Assembly: GCA_965240325.2 (NCBI GenBank)
Contig: OZ251240.1
Span: 1,178,001 to 1,242,000, forward strand
Source: Rebecca billardiae RCC1528
Lineage: Eukaryota; Protista; Haptophyta
Direction of reading: 5' to 3'
DNA length: 64,000 nucleotides
Shown here: one piece after another, positions 32,561 to 42,339 of the stretch
How positions within the stretch are numbered: position 1 is the stretch's first letter
Layout of the letters: each line of letters begins with the position of its first letter
The notes under the pieces: model-generated
What the model saw: the letters and a program-made list of their open reading frames with translations, nothing else
The model's database searches: none
What the model was told of the DNA's origin: nothing
Program-made: the position numbers and the translations under genes

Positions 32561-33694
32561 TCGACCTCGCTCGGCGAGCCGTCGGCGAGCTGCGCTGAGC
32601 GCCCGCCCGATCGAGCGCGGCACAGTGCGGCGCGTGCGCGTGCGCTCGGCCCTTCTCGTCGTCCGCCGCTTCCGTTACGAGCTCGACTCCGATCCGAGGA
32701 TTTCCTGAGCCGCCGAATTCCGCCGTCCTGCGCTGTTGCAGCTTGAGCTTGCCATCGAATAGTGATCCGAGTTGATGCCGCCGAGTGCCGACAGACCGTG
32801 TCACTGTCAGCAACGCACAGTCCCGCGACAGATCGGAGTACTCACTCGTACGTCCGCGAACTCTCAAGACTCAACTCAGTTATTGACTTATTGACTCACT
32901 TATTCTGAGACTCAGACTCAGTGAATGAGATTGAGTCGAACTCAGTGAACCGAACTCGGGCTCTCTAGTTAGTCGTCTTGCGCGTGTACGCGGTCCGACG
33001 AGTCTGCAAATTCCCGCAGTCTGAATTCAGGCTCGCCTGAGTCACTCACGGTGTCATATTCGCCGCCACAACTCGGCGTCAGACTTCTGTCAGATTCTGA
33101 CTTAACACGGTCACGGTCTGCCGCCGTGCCAGCAGTAGACTGCATGCTACCCAGCCTCGGGGCAGCTGCCGATCACAGACGAAGCTGGAGCCGTGTGACG
33201 CCGGATGCCGAGCGCGACTGCTGATGCCGACGTGAGCGGGCCACCGACCAGCTGTCGGCGTGACGTCGTAGGATGGCGGATGACCGGACGCTCCGTGCGC
33301 GGCCTCAGATCTTCCGGTTCGGGTCGGGGCTGTGCTGCACGGTGTCAGGTGCCATCGTCGTCGTCGGCGACGGCGGGTGGGGGGCGGGGAATGAGCGGGC
33401 GCAGGTTGCAGCAGCTGCAGCCGCCGCCCGCCTCGTGCTGCGCCTCTAGCTTGCTCCTCCGCTCGGCGCCCGGTCCACGCATGAGGCCTCGCACGATGGG
33501 TGACGATGTTGTGTTGCGTTCGCAGCGCACGAGGCGGTCTCACGGCCGGTGGACGTGGCCACCGGAGCGCCCGAGGCGAGCCGGACCGTCCCGAGTGGCC
33601 CCAGTATCTAGGGCTGGGTGCGTGTGCCCAGGGCTTCCACGTCGCTGGACGGGCGTCGAGGCCGCGCGCTGCGCAGCGCCGGGCGAGTGGCGCG

Positions 33695-36575
33695 ATGGTG
33701 GTCTACAACTTCAAGAAGATCCAGCAGGTACCCACCGCGACCGACTTTGTCGACGTCACGCTCTCGCGCACCCAGCGCCAGACGCCGACGGTCGTGCACG
33801 CCGGCTACACGATCAACCGCATCCGGTCCTTCTACATGCGCAAGGTGAAGTACACGCAGACGAACTACAACGAGAAGCTCTCGCAGATCCTCTCGGACTT
33901 CCCGCGCCTCGACGACATCCACCCCTTCTACGCCGACCTGCTCAACATCCTCTACGACCGCGACCACTACAAGCTTGCGCTCGGGCAGATCTCGCTCGCC
34001 AAGAAGCTGATCGACACGGTGGGCAGGGACTACGTGAAGATGCTCAAGTACGGCGACTCGCTGTACCGGTGCAAGTCGCTCAAGCGCGCCGCGCTCGGCC
34101 GCATGTGCACCATCGTCAAGCGCAACAAGGCCGGCCTCGCGTACCTCGAGCAGGTCCGGCAGCACATGTCAAGGCTGCCCAACATCGACCCGAACATGCG
34201 CACGATCCTGATCGCGGGGTTCCCGAACGTGGGCAAGTCGTCGTTCATGAACAAGGTGACGCGCGCGAACGTCGACGTCCAGCCGTACGCCTTCACCACC
34301 AAGTCGCTCTACGTCGGCCACACCGACTACCGCGCGCTGCGGTGGCAGGTGATCGACACGCCGGGCGTTCTCGACAAGCCGCTTGAGGAGCGGAACACGA
34401 TCGAGATGCAGAGCATCACGGCGCTGGCGCACCTGCGGTGCACGGTGCTGTACGTGCTCGACATCTCCGAGCAGTGCGGCTACTCCCTCGAGCAGCAGGC
34501 CGCCCTCTTCAAGTCCATCCAGCCGCTGTTCGCCGCGAAGCCGCTCGTCGTCGCCGTCAACAAGACCGACGTGCGCTCGCTCGACGATCTCACAGAGCCG
34601 GAGAAGGCGCTGCTCGACGAGATCCGCGGCGCGGGCGGCGCGACGGTGGTGCCGATGAGCACGTTCGCCGACGACGGCGTCGCCGCGGTCAAGGCCACCG
34701 CGTGCGACCTGCTGCTGCGCGAGCGCGTCGAGGCGACGATGGGCTCGAAGCGGGTCGAGGCCGTTCTGAACCGCGTGCACGTGCCGACGGTGAAGCCGCG
34801 CGACGGCAAGGCGCGCGGCGTGTGCATCCCCGAGTCGGTGCTCGCCGCGCGCGAGGCGAAGGCGATGGAGACCGACGGCCCCGCCGCCGCCGCCGCCGAG
34901 GCCGGCCTGGGCGGCGCCTCGCGCAAGACGCTCCGAGACCTGCAGGAGGAGAAGGGCGGCGCGGGCGTGTTCTCGTTCCCTTACCAGAACCACTGGGAGC
35001 TCAAGAACGAGGTAAGTCTCGCCTCCGCCCAGCCCGCCGCCATTGCTCCCGCCCAGCCCGCCGCCGCCAAGCCCTCCGCCGTCGCCACCGCCCAGCCCAC
35101 CTCCAAAGGGTCGGCTGCGGAGCGGGGGCTGCGGCCGACGTGTGGCACGCAGTGCCGCGGGCCGTGCTTCTGTGCTCGCGCGCGCGCGCGTCCGCGCCTG
35201 AGTGAGAGAGAGTCGCGCGCGCGCGTTCGCGCCTGAGTGAGAGAGAGTCGCAGCGCCCTCACACGCGCCCGGCTACCTACCCTTGCCTGCCCCCCGACGG
35301 CCGCGCCCCGGCTGCCCGCGCAGGAGTGGAAGTTCGACGTGATCCCGGAGATCATGGACGGCAAGAACATCGCCGACTACGTCGACCCCGAGATCGAGCA
35401 GAAGCTGCAGGCGCTCGAGGAGGAGGTGAGGGCGACGCCCTCGGTCCAACCCCGCGCCGCGCGGGCGCGCTCGGCCGTGAGGCCCGGCCGTGAGGCGCGC
35501 TCGCGCTCGCGGCCGGGCGGGGACGCGGGGCGGGTCGGTTTGGGCGCGGGCGTGTGTTGAGAGCCGCTGCGAGGGCCGCGATGCCTGTGGGCTGAGCGCA
35601 CACGCTGGGGCCGCAGTGCACGCGCCGGAACGCCGACAATCGCACACACAGACGCGCGCACGCGCGCACGCGCTGGCGCAGCGGCCTCACTGCGTGCCCA
35701 CCCGCCGCCACGGCCGCGCCGCGCCGCGCCGCGCAGGAGGACCGGCTGGCCGAGATCGCGGCGCTCGAGGGCGACGCGCCGATGGACGGGGACGATGACG
35801 ACGAGGAGGAGCTCGCCGAGACCGCCGAGCTCGCCGAGCGCATCCGAACCAAGAAGCGGCTCATCGTGCAGCAGCACCGGCTGGCAAAGGGCGCGAACCG
35901 CCCGATGCGCCCGCGTACCAAGGGCGACCGCCCGGAGCGCACGCTGCAGGGACTCAAGGCTCAGCTGGAGGAGGTGGGCGTGCGCACGGGGCGCGAGGAG
36001 CTGCAGAACGCCAAGCGCAAGCGCGGGCGCTCGCTCTCGCCCAGGCGCAGGTGCGCCCGCACACGCGCCGCGCCAGGGCAACCCAGCTGGCACCGCGGCG
36101 CAGGTGTCCCTGGCCTTGCATGTTTTTTGCGCGCGGGCGCCGCGCTGGGCGCCCCCGCGGCGCGCACGTGCTTACGGCCCCCGCTGCGGCCTGCGCGGCG
36201 CGCCGACCGGACGCGGCACACCGCGCGCGCAGGCTGTCGGACGGCGCGATGGACGCCGACGAGCCGCGCGGCGTGAGCCGCACGCGCAAGGCGGACATGA
36301 CCGCGGACGAGCTGAAGGAAGCGAAGCGCTCGCGCTCTCGCTCAAAGGTGGCCATCCGCGGGGAGAGCCGCAGCGCGTCGCGGCCGCGCTCGCGATCGGT
36401 GGCCGGCCTGCGCGACGAGTCGCAGGCGGTGCAGGCGGACAAGATCCTCAAGAAGAAGCAGAAGCTGCGCAACGCGTACGGCAAGGTGGGCGAGTCGGAC
36501 CGGCGCATCCCGACGAAGCGCGAGAAGTGGATGCTGACGGGCAAGCGCGGCATCGGCAAGACAGACAGGCGCTGA
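33695..36575 (+). CDS. NOG1: Nucleolar GTP-binding protein 1; introns 35012-35323, 35426-35736, 36051-36232
   Basis: [33 protein letters not shown]; GFPNVGKSS; YAFTTKSL; DTPG; NKTD; [21 protein letters not shown]; C-terminal [18 protein letters not shown]. Confidence 0.97.
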
Positions 36576-36835
36576 TTGATGTCTGCTGCACATGACAATG
36601 TGTCAAATGCACGCGCAGCAGTGTCGTCGTTTGTGAACGTGATCTCCGGTCCGATCGATGCTGATGACATGACGACTCCTGCTGGTCAACGTCGCCAGCA
36701 TCTGATCGTATTCATCAATCATCGTCAGTCAGTGATATAGATGATGTAAGCGCTGCTGCTAGTATTATTAGTCGATTTTCGGAATTATCGCGACGCCGGA
36801 CGATATATATATATATATTATTAATATTATTATTA

Positions 36836-37555
36836 TTAATGACGTGGTATGCAACGGGCAAGCGTCAGAGTATAAGCAAGCTATACTTAGCAGCTGAGAT
36901 CGAGCAGCAGAGACAAACACCAGGATCAGCGCTCCTCGCCGTCGTCCCCCCCTAGAGGGGTCAGAGCCCCACTGGGGGGTGCGTGGCCCAAAATCATCCA
37001 ACTTCGTCCTGTCGTCTTGAGATGAGGCTCTCAAACTTCGGGATGTCAATATTCGCCTGAAATGAGCTGGGGTCACGCTGACAAGTTTTGCGAAAAAATG
37101 TCATGCATACTGGAGATATACGATCTCAATCTCGACGCGATCTCGGCAACATTAGTAGGGGAGATACACGATCTCCAAGGTGATCTCGCTATTTGCACCA
37201 GAATCGCACCGTCTAGATCACATTTTGGCAGTCTGAAATTGGCACAGGCGGATTCTACACCCTGGAATTAATAAGCCTAAACGAACTTAAACGGACTCAA
37301 ACAGTTACATTAAACCGAGGAGATATTTCATATTTCGAGATTTCGGGAGATTGTGTCACTCGGGAGTGTAACGGTCGGAGCTCTGACCCCACTAGACTCC
37401 CCCCCCCTCGTAGTCGCCCATCACTCCATCGGTCCATCGCCGAGCCGGAAGCTCGGACGCATCGTCCGATGGCGGCGTCGACGCGCGCGCGCCAACGCGG
37501 TTACGCGGTGGTCGCGGTGCCACGCGTCGTCAGCCGTCGTCTCGAAGTAGTCGTC
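36836..37555 (-). mobile_element. CRE-like LINE 3' fragment interrupted by a MITE
   Basis: 36836-36951 and ~37398-37555 together reproduce the 2097-2335 sequence; abuts a TA/TTA run. Confidence 0.75.
36952..37395. mobile_element. ~444-bp AT-richer MITE
   Basis: TIR CTAGAGGGGTCAGAGC / GCTCTGACCCCACTAG (1 mismatch), inserted in the poly-C tract of the LINE fragment; a C-run is present on both sides. Confidence 0.75.
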
Positions 37556-37871
37556 TGAGGTCCCGGGACCGGTCCGTGTCCGCACTCAGCATCATAGTAC
37601 CGCACTCACATGGCACTGGCTGCCGGCAGCGAGTCAGCATCATCAGAATACAAGCCGCCAACACTGTCACTGCGGGATGGTCCCGGCCGGGTAGTGCAAG
37701 CACTCGACAGGTTGGTGAGGACTGAGGTTGGCACGAGTGCCACGACCCGGGCGCGGCGGGCGGCCAGTGCCCGAAGGTGATCTGAGTCCGAGGCAGGCCG
37801 GAGCCGAGCTGCACCGTGCCCAATCTTCGCCTCCGGCACTCGCCGGCCACGCGGAACGGAGTGCGCTGCGC

Positions 37872-38918
37872 TCAGGGCCTCACCCGTCTGGCCATCACCA
37901 CGGGTCGTACATGCGACGGCGTCGATACGACGCTGGCTGTGAACAGCGGCGCGGGCAGCTGCGATGGTCGCGGCCGCCACGCTGCCACACTACTGTCCGA
38001 GGGTGTGGGTGTGCTCCTGGTGCGCTTCCGCTGTCGTTTGGCGGCGCTCACTTCTTTGGTGCTCATCACGTCTTGTTCCAGCCCGCGATTGTGCGCACCA
38101 CTCCGACGAAGGCGCTTCATGCCCGCCAGCTTGTGCGCTTCGCATCGGCTGGCGCGCGCGTCGCCCGGCATGCCGAATGACGGCCGCGTGGTGCAGCCGG
38201 TGTGATCACACTTGGAGCTCTTCAGGTCGACCATGCCGGCCAGCTTGTGCGTAGCGCACCGGCTGGCGCGCGCGTCGCCCGGCATGCCGAATGAAGGCCG
38301 CGTAGTGCAGCCCTCGTGATCACACTTGGGGCTCTTCACGTCGACCATGCCGGCCAGCTTGTGCGTAGCGCACCGGCTGGCGCGTGCGTCACCCGGCATG
38401 CCGAAGTTAGACTGCTTGGTGCAGCCCGCGTGATCGCACTTGGGGCTCTTCACGTCGACCATGCCGGCCAGCTTGTGCACAGCGCACCGGCTGGCGCGCG
38501 CGTCGCCCGGCATGCCGAATGACGGCCGCGTGGTGCAGCCGGTGTGATCACACTTGGAGCTCTTCAGGTCGACCATGCCGGCCAGCTTGTGCGTAGCGCA
38601 CCGGCTGGCGCGCGCGTCGCCCGGCATGCCGAAGTAAGGCCGCGTAGTGCAGCCGGTGTGATCACACTTGGGGCTCTTCAGGTCGACCATGCCGGCCAGC
38701 TTGTGCGCAGCGCACCGGCAGGCGCGCGCGTCGCCCGGCATGCCGAATGAAGGCACCGTGGTGCAGCCGGTGTGATCACACTTGGGGTGCTTCAGGTCGA
38801 CCATGCCGGCCAGCTTGTGCGCAGCGCACCGGCTGGCGCGCGCGTCGCCCGGCATGCCGAAGTAAGGCCGCGTGGTGCAGCCGGTGCGATCACACTTGCG
38901 GCTCTTGAGGTCGACCAT
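37872..38918 (-). CDS. EsV-1-7 cysteine-rich repeat protein (7 x 38-aa tandem repeats, 38121-38918), possibly 5'-truncated
   Basis: Unit MVDLKSxKCDHTGCTTRPSFGMPGDARASRCAxHKLAG (C-x4-C...C-x2-H) with a 114-bp period; a partial repeat RCAKLAG lies upstream; basic NLS-like tail KRQRKR. Confidence 0.8.
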   Translation of the reverse strand: MVDLKSRKCDRTGCTTRPYFGMPGDARASRCAAHKLAGMVDLKHPKCDHTGCTTVPSFGMPGDARACRCAAHKLAGMVDLKSPKCDHTGCTTRPYFGMPGDARASRCATHKLAGMVDLKSSKCDHTGCTTRPSFGMPGDARASRCAVHKLAGMVDVKSPKCDHAGCTKQSNFGMPGDARASRCATHKLAGMVDVKSPKCDHEGCTTRPSFGMPGDARASRCATHKLAGMVDLKSSKCDHTGCTTRPSFGMPGDARASRCEAHKLAGMKRLRRSGAHNRGLEQDVMSTKEVSAAKRQRKRTRSTPTPSDSSVAAWRPRPSQLPAPLFTASVVSTPSHVRPVVMARRVRP

Positions 38919-39778
38919 GCCGGCTAGCTTGGCGCAGCGCCTTGGTACCGTCCTTGGCCTTGGCCGGCAAGGAGACCGTGACCGTGTGGACGGACCGCGA
39001 GGATCCTCCCACACCCCCTTGCTCCCACTGTCAGCGAGCCTCTCGGTACAGTTTACGTAAGAATACCTTGAGCTTGCTTTTTAAATTCCCCTTCATAACG
39101 GGCTCCGGGTGATCAGACTGGCGGCCGAAGCCTCCAGCCCTACCCTGGCCAGCCCCCAACCAACCACCACCCTCACCCAACCTCGAACCACTGACCGATA
39201 CACCAAGTGCCTTGACACCACTCCGCTGTGGACACATTCTATGATTTAACGACACAGGTAGGACGACGCGGGTCTCCTGATTCGTCGGCGGCAGTGCCCG
39301 ATCGTCGACACGAAGTCGGCGTTGGTGGCAGAGCATAGCCTGCACCGCGATCGTAAAGCTTGAGCGCGGCCTTGAGCTGCTGAAGCGCGATCCACCTGCG
39401 CTGCGCGGCTCGCATGGACCTGCTGTGCCCCGAGCAAGGGCGAAAGTGCAGGTCCGGATGTCAGCTGGCAGTCTCAGCCGCGGGTAGCAGCTGGTCGAGC
39501 CTGCCCCGTGCTCCCCGGGCGGTCGCGTACGCGCTTGCTGCTCGAGCCAGCTGGCTGGCTGGCGGCGGCTGGCGCTGCGGCGTCGTCCAGGGTGCGCTTT
39601 GCCCGCTGCGGCGACGCCTCCTCGTCGTCCAAGTCGTCGCCCGGGGGCGAGTCTCGGTCATCGTGGAGGGGGGCAGCAGGGGCTGGCGTGGGCGGTGCAG
39701 CGGTCGGCGCCAGGCGCGCCGCCTTGCGCACAGCGTCCACATTATTTTTCGCGCGCTGGCGAGCGCGGGGCCGCGGCC

Positions 39779-41467
39779 ATGGCGGCGGCCAAGCCGAGGA
39801 AGAAGGCGCCCGCAGGCAAGGGCCCCCGCACGGACGGGCGCGGCGGATGGGCGCGGCCGAGCGCGATGGCGTGGGCCGCGCTTGCGGCGGTCGTGGCGAT
39901 CTCGCTGGCTCTCGTGTCGCGTGGCGCCGCGCCGCGTGGCGGCGAGGCCTCGGCCGTGGGCGAGTACTGCTCGCGGTGCGGCGTGCACGTTGCGTTGGGT
40001 GGCACCATGCCGCGCGCCAACGTGACGGCGCTTCTGCGCACGCTCAACGGCTCGGCCGAACCGCCCCTGCCGTACGACGAGTCGCGCGGTGAGCTGCTCG
40101 CGCAGCTGCTCGGCCCGCTGCCGCAGCGCGCGTTTGCGGCTGAGGCGTTCGAATCGACGCCCGTGCACGTGGCGCGCGACCGGCCGGGGTTCTGCGCCGC
40201 GCTGCTGGGCTTCGAGCTGCTCGAGCGCGTGCTCGATCACGGCAGCTCCACGCGCTCGCCCACGCGCGTGCCGCCGCGCAACCACGTCGACGTCTCGCTC
40301 ATGACGCGGCTGTGGCAAAACGAAGACTGGTGGACTGGCAAGTACGGCGCGCGCGACGCGCAGCTGAGTGTGCGCGAGGCGAAGGCCAAGTTCCGCGAGG
40401 GGTTCACGGTGCTGATCAACGACGTGGACCAGCGCGACGCGCGCGTCGCCGCGCTCTCCGAGGCCCTCGAGGCGCTCCTCGGCCACGTCGTCAACGCGAA
40501 CGTGTACGCCACACCGGAGGGGACTCAGGGGTTTGAGGCACATTATGATTCGATGGACGTTTTCGTTGTGCAGCTGGAGGGGCGGAAGGACTGGCGGGTG
40601 TACGCGCCGCTGGTCGAGCTGCCCGACGACGAGCGCAAGTGCAAGCCCACGCTGCGCCAGTTCGAGGCGCTGCCCGCCGCAAACGTCACGCTGCGCCCCG
40701 GGGACCTGTTGTACCTCCCCCGGGGGTGGCCTCACGAGGCGGCCGTGCCGGTGGGCGCGGCGCAGTCGCTCCACCTCACGCTGGGCGTGCTCACGAAGGG
40801 CGCGACGTGGGAGGGGCTGGTGCACGCGGCGATCGGGGCGTGCGCGGGCGGCACGGCGGCGGGCTCCGCTTGCCCCGCGCCGGCGCGCGCCGCCGTCGGC
40901 GGGACGCCGCCCGCGAAGGACGGCGGCGGGCTGAGTTGGGCGCAGCTGCTGCATGCGGCCGTGCGCGCGGTTGCGTGGGGCGAGCACGGCGGCGCGGAGC
41001 GTGGCGGCGGCGGCGGCGGCGGCGCGCGCGCGCTCCGTGGCGCGCTGCCGCTGCACGACGCCGAGTGGGCGCTGCGCGCGCCCTCGCTCGAGCGCTTCGA
41101 GGCCGCCCTCGACCTCCTCCTCCGCAGCCCGCTCGACCTGCTGCGATCGGCTGAGGCGTGGTCGGACGCGCAGCGAAGCTCCGAGGGCGGCGGCCATGAC
41201 GAGTTCATCCTGAGGCCGCGCCGCGCCGCGTGGCGCGCGGCCGAGCTGGCGCCGGGCACGGCGAGCGCGCTCGGCGCGGAGCTGCACGAGCGGCTCCGCA
41301 CCGTCCGCGCGCACGCGCGCGCGCTGCTCGCGCCCGCCGCGCGGGCGGTCGAGCGCGTGCATGGCGAGCGGCTGCGCGTGCGCCGCGCCGCGCGCCGCAC
41401 CAGCCTCGAGTGGCACGGCCAGCCGCAGCCGCTCGGGAACGCCGCCGCTGGTGACCAGGGCAGCTGA
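39779..41467 (+). CDS. JmjC/cupin-4 2-oxoglutarate oxygenase (NO66/MINA/RoxA-like) with N-terminal hydrophobic anchor
   Basis: NANVYATPEGTQGFEAHYDSMDVFVVQLEGRKDW; LRPGDLLYLPRGWPHEA (HxD...H). Confidence 0.88.
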   Translation: MAAAKPRKKAPAGKGPRTDGRGGWARPSAMAWAALAAVVAISLALVSRGAAPRGGEASAVGEYCSRCGVHVALGGTMPRANVTALLRTLNGSAEPPLPYDESRGELLAQLLGPLPQRAFAAEAFESTPVHVARDRPGFCAALLGFELLERVLDHGSSTRSPTRVPPRNHVDVSLMTRLWQNEDWWTGKYGARDAQLSVREAKAKFREGFTVLINDVDQRDARVAALSEALEALLGHVVNANVYATPEGTQGFEAHYDSMDVFVVQLEGRKDWRVYAPLVELPDDERKCKPTLRQFEALPAANVTLRPGDLLYLPRGWPHEAAVPVGAAQSLHLTLGVLTKGATWEGLVHAAIGACAGGTAAGSACPAPARAAVGGTPPAKDGGGLSWAQLLHAAVRAVAWGEHGGAERGGGGGGGARALRGALPLHDAEWALRAPSLERFEAALDLLLRSPLDLLRSAEAWSDAQRSSEGGGHDEFILRPRRAAWRAAELAPGTASALGAELHERLRTVRAHARALLAPAARAVERVHGERLRVRRAARRTSLEWHGQPQPLGNAAAGDQGS

Positions 41468-41768
41468 TCAGCCCAGCAGCGCCGTCGAGTGCCTGCGGGT
41501 CCGACCGGGCCACCAGTTTCTGCACACGCTTGTGATGACAGACTGACTATCGTCTGTAACTACTACTGCTATAACTACTAGCTCTTTGAATTTAATGATG
41601 CGTGCAAGCAGCGCAAGTCAGGCACGCACGGCCTGTCCGCGTCGGTGATGTCCGCCCGGTGTCGCCTCACTATCTTACTCAGACAGCCGCCGACGGAGGG
41701 TGCACAGCGGGCCCCTAACTACGTTGGTTCTACGGAAGGACCGCGGAACGCGGTCATATCGATGATCG

Positions 41769-41890
<122 letters not shown>

Positions 41891-42339
41891 GCGTTATAAC
41901 GGAGTTATAACCGAGTGTGTCGGGAGGCTGGAAAGGCGACGCGCAGCTGGTGGACAAGGGCCGCCATCGTCTTCTAGGTCCTGCAGGTAGTTGTAGCCGA
42001 TTTCCGGAGCTCATCGGCCACGGAGCTATCCTTTATCATCATCATGGCGGCCGCTGGTCCTTTCATATCGGCCAACCACACTGGCTCCTCTATAAGTACC
42101 CGCTCCGCTCCACTATCCGGCGCTCGAGATCATATCCAAGATCATCTTAAGTCGGCATGGCAACGTATGACCAAAGTTCATCAAGCAGCCCACCTATCAG
42201 AGCTCGCTCGATCATCGGTTACACGACCTTTCCGCTTTCGGGCCAAGCTGCTCATCTCTAGGCCACCCCTGCTTGCCTGCGCATCGCCATCAGCAAAGCC
42301 CGAGGTCTCACCTCCTCTGCGTTCCTTGCTTGTGCTCGT

